A stretch of 64,000 nucleotides of DNA from the human T2T-CHM13v2.0 reference genome, Homo sapiens. The stretch lies in assembly GCF_009914755.1 (NCBI RefSeq), contig NC_060939.1. The stretch is one strand, 5' to 3'. Positions 50,006 through 64,000 of the stretch are shown one piece after another. The position numbers were made by a program, and so were the translations under genes. The notes beneath the pieces are model-generated. The model did no database searches and was not told where the DNA came from. It saw only the letters and a program-made list of their open reading frames with translations. Position 1 is the stretch's first letter. Each line of letters opens with the position of its first letter.

Positions 50006-50759
50006 TCTATCTTAAAATGGAGTCAACCAATCCACTACAAATAATGTGATTTGAGGAAGTCCAAAGCTCTAATTCAGGTTTTTATTTGTTTGTTTTGTAT
50101 GCTTTCTGGGTTTTTTCTTGTTGTTAAAAACTATCTCAACAATTTTATTCTCTCCAATAAATGTACATCTCATCTAAATTTTGGTATTGAGCTTTTTTAT
50201 ACATCCTATTTCCAACCAAAAAGACTTGTTTTTAAATAAATGCAACTTAATCATCCTATTTCTATTATTTAGATACTATCATTCCTTCTATCTGGAGGTC
50301 TCTGTAATGGCTGTATTAACAGTACTCAAAAGTAATGTGGATAATAATTGTGGATTTTGTTCTTGTTTTTAAATCTGTCTTTAATCATTTCATGTAAAGT
50401 TGTAAGCCTTTGAAGCATTTGAGAATTTCATACAAAACATTTCTGAAAGATAAATTTTCTCATATTTTCTTGGACACGCTGATTGATCATTTTAGTTAGT
50501 CTCTGAAGAAATCCATGAAAAAGTACTTGTTACTATTTTTACCCACAGCAGCATAATTTGAGTTAAATAGGCTTATAAACAAATTTGTATAACCATGATG
50601 AAAAATCATCTTCCCAATAGTATAGCTAAACTAATAAAGTAACTGTGGTAGGGATGAGCAATTATAGTCCAAGCAATGTAAACTCAATTCATACGTGGAA
50701 AACCACAGGGGCAAGGGGAATACAGTATATAGACAGTGTCAGACAGTATATAGACAGGA

Positions 50760-51850
<1,091 letters not shown>

Positions 51851-52921
51851 CTTTTTTTGTACAACAGTCCTTCTCAGTTCCTGAAGAACAACTCTACACG
51901 GCCTTCTAGGTGTTCACACTCGGCATCTCCCAGCATGACTGCAGGGAGCACGTGCACCGCCCCACGTGCTCTCAAGTTGCTCAGCGTCTTTTGATCTCTG
52001 CCAGGGAGACTGGAAACACAACCAGGCCCTTTAAAATGAACCTTCACCTCAGAGGTTCCCAGACCTGAGAAGAAGCTGGAGTTCAGAAGAGCTCACGGCC
52101 AACCTCCTCCCTTCCTGCCCACACCCGTTTCTTGCTTTCTCCCTTTGCACCCCCACCATCTTTCCAGCTCGTTCTAGGACTGGGGGAGGCCTCCCACCTG
52201 TCCAAGGCAGTGGCTGCCTCATCTGGACCCTTGCTCCCAGAAGGGCCCTGCTATCTGAGGGTTTCTGTTAGGGTAATTTCTGACTGCCAAACTGAGTACT
52301 GATAGTTTTATTTTTGTCTCTGATATTTTGTCCAGATTTTTAATGTATTACACAGCAAGAAAGATTTTGGAATGAACATCTCTAATCCTCTATGTTGCCA
52401 GCCATGAAAGCTCCCATCCCTCTTACACTCAATCACGTCGCCTCCTCTATGCGAACGTCCCGTAGCCCTGACCCTGTGCCTCGCTGCTGCCCTCACCTGC
52501 TCCACAGCATGGAGAGAGCGGAGAGGCTGGCGGCACCAGAGCACCCCCAAGAGGCTCCTGAGTGAATGAAACAGACAAACGGCTGCCAGAGTCCTGACGA
52601 GCCTCTTTGAATAATTCTACTTCCTGGAAAAAGATCCCTTCATGAAGATGTGAGCGTTTAACCCATGCTGCATCTAGTTAATATTTTTTCACAATTTACA
52701 CAAACCCAAAATAAGGTTAAACTTCAACCCTCTCAGTCTTTAGTATTATAATGTTCTGCAGACTATGCACAAACATGGTTAAACCCCAATGAATCATTAG
52801 AATTATTTGCGCACTATCATTTAACATTCAGAATAGATCCTTAAGAAAATATACATCTAGAAAAAAAGTGTTCACAATTTAGTGCTGTGGATTAAAAACT
52901 GTCAAGGCTGCATGGCTGTAC

Positions 52922-53064
52922 CTCAAGTTCCTGTTTATCAAATATGGCCTTCACAGGAGACGGCTGGGTGGCCGAGGCCAGCAGCTGCTGCAAGAGGATC
53001 ATGGGGGGCTGCGGCCCTTCAGGAGACATGTCCCCAAGGTCAGGTGATACCACTGCTCCATCAT
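52922..53064 (-). pseudogene. HERC2P: HERC2-like exon G, 143 nt (last HERC2 exon found)
   Basis: Acceptor ttaaattcAG|A, donor GAG|GTACAG; (D)DGAVVSPDLG...FDKQELE. Confidence 0.9.
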
Positions 53065-53233
53065 CTGAATTTAAAAACAAAATATGTGTAAGATTCTATT
53101 TTCAACTGCGAACACCACTTTACTATTAAAGAAAATGCATTAAGCATGTTAAATCAGGTATGACTTCTGCCTCATTATGTGATAGAAAACCAAAATCTTC
53201 AAGGTTCAGACATCGAACAAAAACTAGACTCTA

Positions 53234-53706
<473 letters not shown>

Positions 53707-53817
53707 CTAGACTCTAAACCACTTTCACTGCCTGCTTTTGGTCTCTGTCCTTCATTAGTGCATCTGTCTCTTAGAGCCAGCAAATGCTCCTTCCCAGATT
53801 TCTGCACTTGGTCTGAT

Positions 53818-54121
53818 TCTTTCTCTTTTTCTTGAGATGGAGTCTCACTCTGTTGCCCAGGCTGGAGTGCAGTGGCACAATCTTGGCAAACTGCAACCTC
53901 TGCCTCCTGGCTCAAGTGATTCTCCTGCATCAGCCTTCCCTGTAGCTGGGACTACAGGCACATGCTACCACGCCTAGCTAATTTTTGTATTTTTAGTATA
54001 GATGGGGCCAGGCTGTTGATTAGATTTCACCATGTTGGCCAGGCTGGTCTCCAACTCCTGATCCACCCGCCTCGGCATCCCAAAGTGTTGGGATTACAGG
54101 CGTAAGCCACCATGCCTGACC
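53818..54121 (-). mobile_element. Alu (S-type) with a small insertion near 54008
   Basis: Full dimer. Confidence 0.93.
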
Positions 54122-54446
54122 TACACACTCTCTTTCATGTTCACTCACGGCTTCAGTAACCCCTGACACAGACACATCCCACGTGCATATTTCTAGCTGT
54201 AGCTTTTCCAGCTAAGCCTTGTTGAGATCATTAAGTGACCCCAATTCCAAATGTGTCATGTGCTCAGGGTGATGGCTTTTTGTCTGTTATGAGTAGCTTT
54301 AGGTGCAGCCTTTAGGACTCTGTTTGACACAGCCCCAGGGAGATCCACTGCGCTCAAGCCCACTTCACACATCTAGGTACTCATCCAGGTACTCACAGCA
54401 TTTGCATGTGCTGGTTTTCTTCAGTGACAATTTCAACTAACTAGAC

Positions 54447-54640
54447 CAGGAGCTGGAAATCTTTCTCTTAAAGGGCCAGAGAGTAAATAGTTTAGGCTGA
54501 TGGGCTGTACAGTCTCTGTCCCAACTACTCAGCTCTGCCATTGCAGAGCAAAAGCATCCAGAGACGATGTGTAAACAAGTGGTGTGCCTGTGTTCCCATA
54601 AAAATTTACAAAAACAGGTGCACGGCAGTTTTGTCAATCT
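54447..54640. mobile_element. MER58A-like hAT-Charlie element
   Basis: aaagggccagagagtaaatagtttaggct...caactactcagctctgccattg. Confidence 0.8.
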
Positions 54641-55875
54641 AGCTCTGTTCGGAGTCCCTGCTCGGCCCAAAGCACAGACTTGATCATCCTGATTCAGGTC
54701 TGCTGTAATTGCTCATCGGGCTGAGTGCAGAACAGAACAGCCAATCCAATTCCCAGGCTCCAATCTCCCAATCTCTACAACTGGGAAATCTTCATGTTCC
54801 CTACGACCTCTACTATTAATTGATTCTATACTTTCAATTGATTTCTTTCATCCTCAGCAGGTTTAAAATTAATTTCATAGCATCCTCTCCTCTTAAGAAG
54901 CAAACGCACACACTCCACATTCTACTGGACTTATTTGTTTCAAACACACTACTCAATATTCCTCCCTCAACTCAAGCTTGAAACAGCAGTCACCTTCCAC
55001 TTTTTGCTGGTTCCCCATAAAGTTATCATCTACAAGACTACACCATCACAGTGGATGGCACCTTCCTTCCACCAGAACCTTCTTTCCCTTTTCATGCCTT
55101 CCCCCTCATCACCTGACGCAGGAGCAATTCTCCATCTCTGTCATCTCCTGTTTCAGATACTCCTATACCTTCCTAGCAGGTGTATCACCCGAAGGTCAAT
55201 GCTTACCATGTGGCCCCTACCACAGCTTTCCAAGTGGGCCTCAAGTTTCACCCTGGTCTCCCAGGTACTCTGTAACAGGATGTCAGCTGCCCATCTAGCT
55301 TCAGCCCCACCACTCATTGAAAAACCCTGAGCTCCAAGAAGAGGAGAGCTGCTCAACGTGCTTCCAAAGACTCACCACGTTCACTCCTCTCCTCCTGCCT
55401 CCACCACCAGCAGAGTGCTTGTCTGCTGGCATCTGTCTGCCACAGCCTTCAAAGGCTGCCCGTCCAGTGCTCAGCTGCCACTGGCTCCAGACGCCTGTGG
55501 AACCACTCACATGCCTCACCGCCCCCTGGCCCCAGAGAACAAAGAGAGCCATCTGCATTCACTTCCTCTCCTCATCCAAACCCTAGAGAGCAATGATCAT
55601 AGAAAAGGACTTCTCCGCAAAAGACTTAGCATAATGTCTTTCAATAGTTGGAGATCAAAAAATGTTTTTTTCTATTAAAAGTAACACAAGCTCATTCTAG
55701 AAAACTAAATATAGAGAAATATAAAGAAAATAAAGACAGCCAAAATTCCACCAAAGATTACTGGGTCACTGTTTTGCTAAACAGATAACTATGGCATATC
55801 TATAAACGGATATACATAGCAGTGTGCTTTTCTGTTCACTTATTGTTTTCATGTTTCCACAGCAATAAACATATA

Positions 55876-56480
<605 letters not shown>

Positions 56481-56624
56481 TACATGTACCATCATTTTGA
56501 ATGGCACCATGATATCACACTGTACGGATACACAACATAAGAATGGGTATTTTGGTGTCTACAGTTTTTCAATACAAAAACAATACCAAAAAGGAGGCCA
56601 TAACGACACTGTTGAATACATTAT

Positions 56625-57107
56625 TTTTATTTATTATTTTTTTTGAGACGAAGTCTCACTCTGTCACCCAGGCTGGAGTGCAGTGGCACAATCTGCACCC
56701 TGCAATCCGCACACACGGCAACCTCCGCACCCCCCGGTTCAAGTGATTCTCCTGCCTCAGCCTCCCAAGTAGCTGGCATTACATGCAGCCACCACTATGC
56801 CCCGCCAATTTTTTTTTTTTTTTTTTTGAGACAGAGTCTTGCTCTGTTGCCCAGGCTGGAGTGCAGTGGCGCCATCTCGGCTCACTGCAAGCTCCGCCTC
56901 ACAGATTCATGCCATTCTCCTGCCTCACCCTCCCAAGTAGCTAGAACTGCAGGTGTCTGCCACCTTGCCCAGCTAATGTTTTGTATTTTTAGCAGAGATG
57001 GGGTTTCACCGTGTTAGCCAGGATGGTCTCTATCTCCTGACCTCGTGATCCGCCCGCCTCGGCCTCCCAAAGTGCTGGGATTACAGGCATGAGCCACTGT
57101 GCCCAGG
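56625..57107 (-). mobile_element. Three-arm Alu (AluY-like dimer plus an extra right arm)
   Basis: Single TSD pair tgaatacattat at 56613-56624 and 57111-57122. Confidence 0.9.
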
Positions 57108-57324
57108 TGGTGAATACATTATCTTTACATGCCTTTTCGTGTGATAAAGTCCCACAGAATGACTCGCTGGGCCAAAGTATATAAATACATACATACATCT
57201 ATGCATTTCAAAGTCCAACTCATTTCCTCAGACGCCCATTAGATGGCTACACCAACTGAAATTCCCAGCAGCAGCGTGTTCATGGAGTGCGGCTTTACGC
57301 GCATTTGAAGAACCAGCTTAGGTT

Positions 57325-57440
57325 CATCTTGTTACAATACAGGCTCTATTTCTTTGGTCTGGGGTGCGGCCTGGGAGTCTGCATTTCTAACACATACCTG
57401 CGTGCCACCAATCTTGCTGACCCATGCAGCAAACTTTAAA
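57325..57440. mobile_element. MER5A fragment
   Basis: ggtctggggtgcggcctgggagtctgcatttctaaca. Confidence 0.7.
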
Positions 57441-57674
57441 TGGGAAGGCATGAAAATACCTTTTTCCCTCCCCACCCACCAGATGCCCTCAGTCTTGTCT
57501 TATAAGATGACGATGACAATTTTATTCACAGTTGGTGGTTGCTGGGCAGGCCACGTGTCTGTTTTGTACATTTATAAGCCACCTATGTCCATTTTTATGA
57601 ACTGATTATTCACTTCCTTTGTCTACTTTCTACTGCCCTTCTTATAAAGATTTAAGAACTTTTTAAAAAGACAC

Positions 57675-57818
57675 CTGTGTGAACAGTTCCAGTCTCCTGA
57701 ACAGCTGGCTGAGACAGGATCTGCCGCAGTTTATCCTGGTGGGAGAACAGCGCCCGACCTGCTTTCAGGATGTATAGCTTCAACTGCTGGCACCGCAGCA
57801 GGTCCAGGTCCACTTGTC
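57675..57818 (-). pseudogene. HERC2P: HERC2-like exon F, 144 nt
   Basis: Acceptor ttccttccgcAG|G, donor CAG|GTGTCT; (G)QVDLDLLRCQQLKLYILKAGRALFSHQDKLRQILSQPAVQETGTVHT. Not in the ORF track. Confidence 0.9.
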
Positions 57819-59119
57819 CTGCGGAAGGAAAGACTCAGTGAGAAGGGCGTGCCCTGCTCAGACTCCCTCCTCGCCAGCAGCAAGCCTCCGCCACATGGCG
57901 ACGAGTAACGCTCTGCCCTTCAGGAATCTGCCGACCGCACACACTGTCCGTGACGAAGGGCTTGCCTTTCCCAGAGTTACACTCGGTGCTTCTGGGTAAG
58001 CATCTTCTGCCTCCTGGGTCTTCCTTCCCTGCTCTCCAGGCACCTAACTTGATAGGACGCAGGATTCAATGGGTTTAACACGGTTAGAACCATGTTAGCT
58101 ACTATTAATATGATCAAATGTTCCCCAAGTTGCTGAAGTTTCAGCCGCTTCCACTCTTCTTCTAAGACTCCTCTGAGAGAATCTGTCAGCCCCACTAGCT
58201 CTTTAACTGATGAAGATCGCAGCAATGCCCAAGGCTTATCTGATAGCAGAGGCCGCAGAAGCAGCACAGAGAGCATGGGGTGGGAAGGAAGGAGGGCCGC
58301 AGGTGCCGCTCGGACACTGGCTCAACTAACTGGCAGACAGTTTTATTCACCACGATGGGAAACGGCAGCTACTAGAGAAAGCCAGCCAGCTGAATTTCGG
58401 ACATATGATGATTTGCATGCACTGCACCTCCAACCAGAGATGTGAATGGGAGATCCAGAGTTGAAAGTGCTTACATCATATATGCTGAAGCAGCAATCGT
58501 AGGTCTGTGGGAGCAAGAGGGGAGAAAACTCAAGAAGACTGGGCAGAATATGCCATAGTTATGGGTGAAGCCACACAGACTTCCAGGACATAAAGAATGA
58601 GCAGAGAGAAGAGCTCCCTAGAAACATGGAAACAAACTCAGGAGAGCCGCATTCTAGACCTGAAGGAAGGCAAAGCCAAGCCAGGCTACAGTCACAGTCT
58701 TAGCCATCCTGAATGTTACAGGCAAGCCAGGCGCTTCCGGGACAGAGGCCCCTGGATCCGGCAGAGAACAGGCTGTGAGCCATGGTCCAACAGGGTGACG
58801 GGGCCACAGGGCCCTGGGATGGAGGGGAGGAGGGAAGAGGTGAACAGACTTCTCTTCCGGGATAAAGGGTGACACGGAGAAGAGGGTGTGAGCCATGGGG
58901 TTCTTCAAGTGTGGCTCCGAACATGGCGACAAAGGCTGACTCGAAAATACTCATTACCACGAACACAGGGTTACATTCCCAACCGCAACTCAACAAATGG
59001 TGAGCCCACGTGAACCCCAGGACTTTAGTACGTCCGTGAATTCACTCATAAAAGAACACTGTACAAACGACACGAGTTTAAGACGGCAGCTATTTCATCA
59101 AGAAGCGCCATGTACTGAC

Positions 59120-59258
59120 CTGCAAAGGCCTGTTTAGTCGATTTCTTTATTTTGTGCTTTTCTAACTTGCTTCCAGCGAGGTTCACCAACTGAGCCCAGA
59201 CAGACAGCATGGGCTCTGTGAAGGGCAGGTTGTTCACATTAAAGGCCACGGCAGGGAG
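59120..59258 (-). pseudogene. HERC2P: HERC2-like exon E, 139 nt
   Basis: Acceptor cctctccAG|C, donor CAG|GTCAGT; LPAVAFNVNN...TKQAFA. Confidence 0.9.
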
Positions 59259-59460
59259 CTGGAGAGGACACAGAAGCTGTCAGAGTGTGGCCAATATGAC
59301 TAACAAATGAAACGTTCTGAAAGTCATCAAAACCATGGGCTTAATCCTGAAATGCCACACATACCCGTAAGCCTTTTTATAGCTGAGAATAATCATTTTT
59401 TAAAATGACATTAAAGGCAGGATAGAGATTTACACATATAATAAGTATAATCTATATTAA

Positions 59461-59907
<447 letters not shown>

Positions 59908-60417
59908 AATATATAGTAAGATTGCACTTGGGCTACATGAAAATAATGTAAATGGCTCCTTCTCCCTGTGCATCCTTGATTCACAGATTAAGATGACAGT
60001 AGCTGCTACATTAAGTCACGTCACTCAAAACTACTAAGCATTTTCTACATGAAGAAAGGCTGTTTTTTTAAAGGTGTTTAAACATGTTTGTTTTTTTAAA
60101 ACTTGAGTTGTTGAATAAAAAGTAAACTTCATAAATTCACATTTTAAAATAATTAGAACTACCTCATAGATGCACGGTACCTTCTAGGTTGCTAAAGCCC
60201 TCTTCGTGTCTCTGAGGCTGAAATACACACGAACCACTGCTTTAAGTGCCCTGTGAGACAGGCCCTGCTTACCACAGAAGCACAAGCTCACACAGCTTCC
60301 TGGAAGGCAAACTTCAAGTACCAGAATCAAGTTCTTTCAAGTGCTGATGTTGGTGCTCGGTTCTAGTGTAAAGTCAATTTCCCTTATCATGCAGTAACTA
60401 AGCACAAGTTCACCTAC

Positions 60418-60648
60418 TGGTTTCAGCTGATTCAATGGGCAAACGTGACACGTCCGCATGTCAGAGAACTGCACGGTGATTTTGCCCTTCAGGGTGATGC
60501 GAGTCATGGTGACTTCTCCAAAGTCATCGTGCACAACTTGGCCGCCCAGGCACAGGCGACCATCGATGCCTCCAACCACAGCCAGGACCGCCATGAGGCC
60601 CCCCACTTCAGGGTTCTCGGAATCAGGGAAGTAGTCCTCTAACTGGGC
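60418..60648 (-). pseudogene. HERC2P: HERC2-like exon D, 231 nt
   Basis: Acceptor ctgcactAG|G, donor CCA|GTAGGT; AQLEDYFPDSENPEVGGLM...PLNQLKP. Confidence 0.9.
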
Positions 60649-60752
60649 CTAGTGCAGACCAAACAGCGAGCTCGACCGGGGACACTCACGGAGCTGCCCA
60701 ATCCCTACAGGTTTACTGTTCAACTAAATTAATTCTGAGAACACAAACCCAC

Positions 60753-60949
60753 CCCTTTGGAAGGCCTTCCCGCAAAGCTGTGGGTGATGGAGCGGAGCTG
60801 GGAGTTGATGTACTTGTTGATGAGCCCATTCCACTGAGTCAGGGAGTGCAGCGTGTGCAGCAGTGCCACCACCTCCTCCGCCAGTGTGCTGCTGTGGGTG
60901 GCAGTCAGCGAGGCCTGCGGGCACACCCTGCGCCGCCTCAGCGTGGACT
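60753..60949 (-). pseudogene. HERC2P: HERC2-like exon C, 197 nt
   Basis: Acceptor ttcctcctcAG|A, donor GGG|GTGGGT; (E)STLRRRRVCPQ...FAGRPSKG. Confidence 0.9.
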
Positions 60950-60976
60950 CTGAGGAGGAAACCAGGGGAGAAGCTG

Positions 60977-61349
60977 CTGCACCACTCTTCACCAGGGCAC
61001 AGGGAAGGGAGACGGCCACTCACCTCTGAGTGACGGCACTGCGCCGCTCTTCACCAGGACACAGGGAAGGGAGACGGCCACCCACCTCTGAGTGATGGCA
61101 CTACACGGCTCTTCACCAGGACACAGGGAAGGGAGACGGCCACCCACCTCTGAGTGACGGCACTGCACCGCTCTTCACCAGGGTACAGGGAAGGGAGACG
61201 GCCACCCACCTCTGAGTGATGGCACTACACGGCTCTTCACCAGGACACAGGGAAGGGAGACGGCCACCCACCTCTGAGTGATGGCACTGCACCGCTCTTC
61301 ACCAGGGTACAGGGAAGGGAGACGGCCACCCACCTCTGAGTAACGGCAC
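60977..61349. repeat. 62-bp minisatellite, about 6 copies
   Basis: cacctctgag recurs at 61021, 61083, 61145, 61207, 61269 and 61331. Confidence 0.95.
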
Positions 61350-61481
61350 GTCAGAGGAGCACATAGTGAGCAAGCTCCCCAAGAAGTCAAACAGCTTCTC
61401 CATGAGGCATTTCATGTCCCTCGCCCTTTCGGTCTTGTCCCATGACGGAAGGACTGCTTGCAACAAATGCACAGCTAAGAT
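61334..61481 (-). pseudogene. HERC2P: HERC2-like exon B, 148 nt
   Basis: Acceptor ttttatcAG|A, donor GAG|GTGGGT; [49 protein letters not shown]. This frame is not in the ORF track. Confidence 0.9.
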
Positions 61482-61547
61482 CTGATAAAAGAAAATTTAA
61501 AATGACAAGCATTAAAAAAAATCTGATGAGGAAACTACAGATTGTTA

Positions 61548-61854
61548 TTTTCTTTTTTTTTTTTTTTTTTGAGACAGAGTCTCGCACTGTCGCCCAGGCT
61601 GGAGTGCAGTGGCACGGTCTTGGCTCACTACAACCACCACCTCCCAGGTTCAAGCGATTCTCCTTGCTTCAGCTTCCTGAGTAGCTGGGATTATAGGCAC
61701 TCACCACCAAGCCCGGCTCATTTTTTTTGGATTTTCAGTAGAGACAGGATTTCACTATGTTGGCCAGGCTGGTCTCAAACTCCTGACCTCATGATACACC
61801 TGCCTCTGCCTCCCAAAGTGCTGGGATTACAGGCATGAGCCACTGCGCCCAGCC
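61548..61854 (-). mobile_element. Alu (S-type)
   Basis: Full dimer. Confidence 0.95.
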
Positions 61855-62299
61855 TCTCTTTATTTTCTGTTCTCATAATGCAAGTAATCATGTGAAAATT
61901 TTGAGATTCATTATTTTACAGCCAGGTAATTACACTCAAGTTGATTAGTGATTAGGATTGTCAGGGACTTTAGAAAAAAGCAACATTACAGATGCATGTG
62001 TTTAATTAAAAAAGAATTATTTTTAGTTTAATTCTTAAGACAATTACACTACAAATTCTGTGAAGCAGATGAGTAAGTAGTTGCAGGATTTACCACTTAA
62101 GAGAAAAGCAGGTAAACTGAAGGTTAGCAACTTACCAATTATCAAGGACCTCTGCCCCTTGCCTCCAGAAAATCTACCCTGTCACTTCTAGACCCTTTCT
62201 GCACTCGTTACGGAATAAAGGCCCCTGACTCTGAGGGCAGGGAACTTCAGTACATGGAGGCCTCTCTCAGGGAACTGGTTTTGCCTGGCAGCACATTAC

Positions 62300-62468
62300 C
62301 TGCCTCTGCAGCGAGGTGGCAGTGAAGGGTGCGTGCCCTTCCACGACCTTCATGAGCAGCGTGATCCACTGCAGGGAGCTGAGGGTGCCGCACACCTGCA
62401 GCGTGAGAGCGATGCTCTGCACAAACCCCAGCGTGCACCAGCTCCGGTGTTGCTCCCTGTACACCAGC
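62300..62468 (-). pseudogene. HERC2P: HERC2-like exon A, 169 nt
   Basis: Acceptor ctccaaacAG|G, donor CAG|GTAATG; 1 nt plus 56 codons, LVYREQ...TSLQRQ. Confidence 0.9.
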
Positions 62469-62679
62469 CTGTTTGGAGAAGCGGCGGGAGGGAAAATAGA
62501 CATGCTTGGTAACAAGTCCCTAAAGACAAATCCCTAAAGATATATCCTTATTTTTTTATCAACTTATTTTCTACAATAAGCTCCTTTAAAATATATTGCA
62601 GTTTGTAAATTAATTCAAACTAATTCAAAGTGAGAAGTGGAAGGCGGCTTTTAAGTTAGTTCAAGAAACATTTCCGAAG

Positions 62680-62800
62680 TTTTCTTTTTTTTTGTTTTTT
62701 TTAGAGATGGGCCCTCACTATGTTGCCCAGGCTGGTCTAAAACTCCTGGGCTCAAGTGATTCTCCTGCCTTGCCCTGCCGAATAGCTGGGACTACAGACA
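62680..62800 (-). mobile_element. FLAM/FRAM-type Alu monomer
   Basis: agagatgggccctcactatgttgcccaggctggtct...ctcctgggctcaag. Confidence 0.8.
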
Positions 62801-63274
62801 TTTTTAAAACCTTCTAAATATGTGTCGTAAAAGTAGTTAGGGAATTTTAGCTATGTATTGTTTCTAGGCAATAGGAAAATGATCTATAATTCAAATAGTA
62901 ATTTGCAACAGTGCATCTATTATATTTTTAATTTCGTGTTTTAAATATCTCCACAATCTTGGTTATATTTAATCTGCACCACTTAAATACTCTTTTTGTA
63001 ATTTTAGTAGAGACAGTTTCCAATCCAAGTTTAATGCATCTGCATTAACAAAATGAGTTTTTCACTAGGTTTACACCACTGGATTCTGGCACCAGTGGGC
63101 CCACCTCTGCTCCGCCTGGCTCCAGGACTCCACTACTCCCTGAATGGAAGCTGAGGCTTGGAGGCTGGGCCCCCTGAGGGACCCCGCCCACAGCCCCACA
63201 GGACCTGCTCTCCCTCCCACCTCCCCCACCCTGCCCTCAGCTATCCAAGCTTATGAGGACAACTGCCTTCCTTC

Positions 63275-64000
63275 AGCACACTCACATGCGCTCACACACA
63301 CACACACTCACTCTCACACCCTCATATGCATCCTCACACTCACACTGATACTAAGTTATTCAGACACACTCATGGGCACTCATACACCCACCCTCACACT
63401 TTCAGGTGCACTCACACCACTGTCGCAATCACACACACACAATCCCAGTCACACGTATGCACAAACAGATGCAAGCTGACACACACTCCCATGCACTCTC
63501 ACATACACTTACCCCTCCCAATGCATACAAAAACTCACATATGCACTCACACTCCTCAACACTAGTAATGACCGATTACTCACCCACTCACACCTTTACC
63601 CACACACTTTCTCACTTTACACTCACACCTATACTGTTATAACCTCCCATTCACTGACACAAGCAAAATGCTCACATTCACTCACACGCATTCACAATAA
63701 CATCACTCGTGCTCACACTGACACAAGGCACTCATACATTTACACAAATGCTCACACTCAATCGCACACTTACACTTGTGCCTGCCACCCACTCATACTT
63801 CCTCACACTCACCAACCCTCACTGACTTACACTTACACTGGGTGTCTCATTTGCACACCCAGTAATCCCCTCACACTCACACTCATGCCTCCCTCGTGCT
63901 CACCCTCACACACACACATTGGCTCAATGCACCGACGCTTTCACTCCCACTTCACCTGAATGTAGTCACCTGCCCACTCACATGCTCTCATGGACATACA
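63275..64000. repeat. Degenerate CA-rich low-complexity tract
   Basis: Reiterated acac/actc motifs. Confidence 0.85.

Noticed and set aside
48898-50049. Dense cluster of overlapping ORFs as a novel gene
   Set aside because: It lies in the GC-rich 5'UTR of an old L1, where stop codons are rare, and no protein is recognisable.
54935-55678. ORFs of 85-131 aa in the intron between exons F and G
   Set aside because: No recognisable homology; the sequence looks like decayed L2 or ordinary intronic DNA.
60977-61349. 62-bp array as a CRISPR-like locus
   Set aside because: Units are contiguous near-identical copies with no unique spacers, there are no cas genes, and the context is primate intronic DNA.

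Overview
Primate (most likely human) genomic DNA, not microbial. It has two blocks. (1) About 1-50.6 kb is AT-rich and repeat-dense, with no recognisable gene. It holds L1s of many ages (a 5.5-kb L1PA3/4 with 19-bp TSDs, a full-length old L1PA15/16-type element, L1MA/MB/MC/ME remnants), ERV/MaLR LTRs, Tigger2a, MIR, L2 and scattered Alus. (2) About 51-64 kb is GC- and Alu-richer and carries seven minus-strand exons of an unprocessed partial HERC2 copy. All seven have GT-AG sites and splice into 390 stop-free codons. The next HERC2 exon was not found, so the window probably spans a segmental-duplication junction at the 3' end of a HERC2 pseudogene; the 15q11-13 or 16p11.2 paralog cannot be determined here. 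I found no new biological system. The most notable items are an intron made almost entirely of a 62-bp tandem repeat of the exon end plus 5' splice donor, the intact spliced frame, and several unusual retrotransposon structures. Subfamily names and HERC2 comparisons come from recall, not from a database search. Boundaries of old repeats are approximate.
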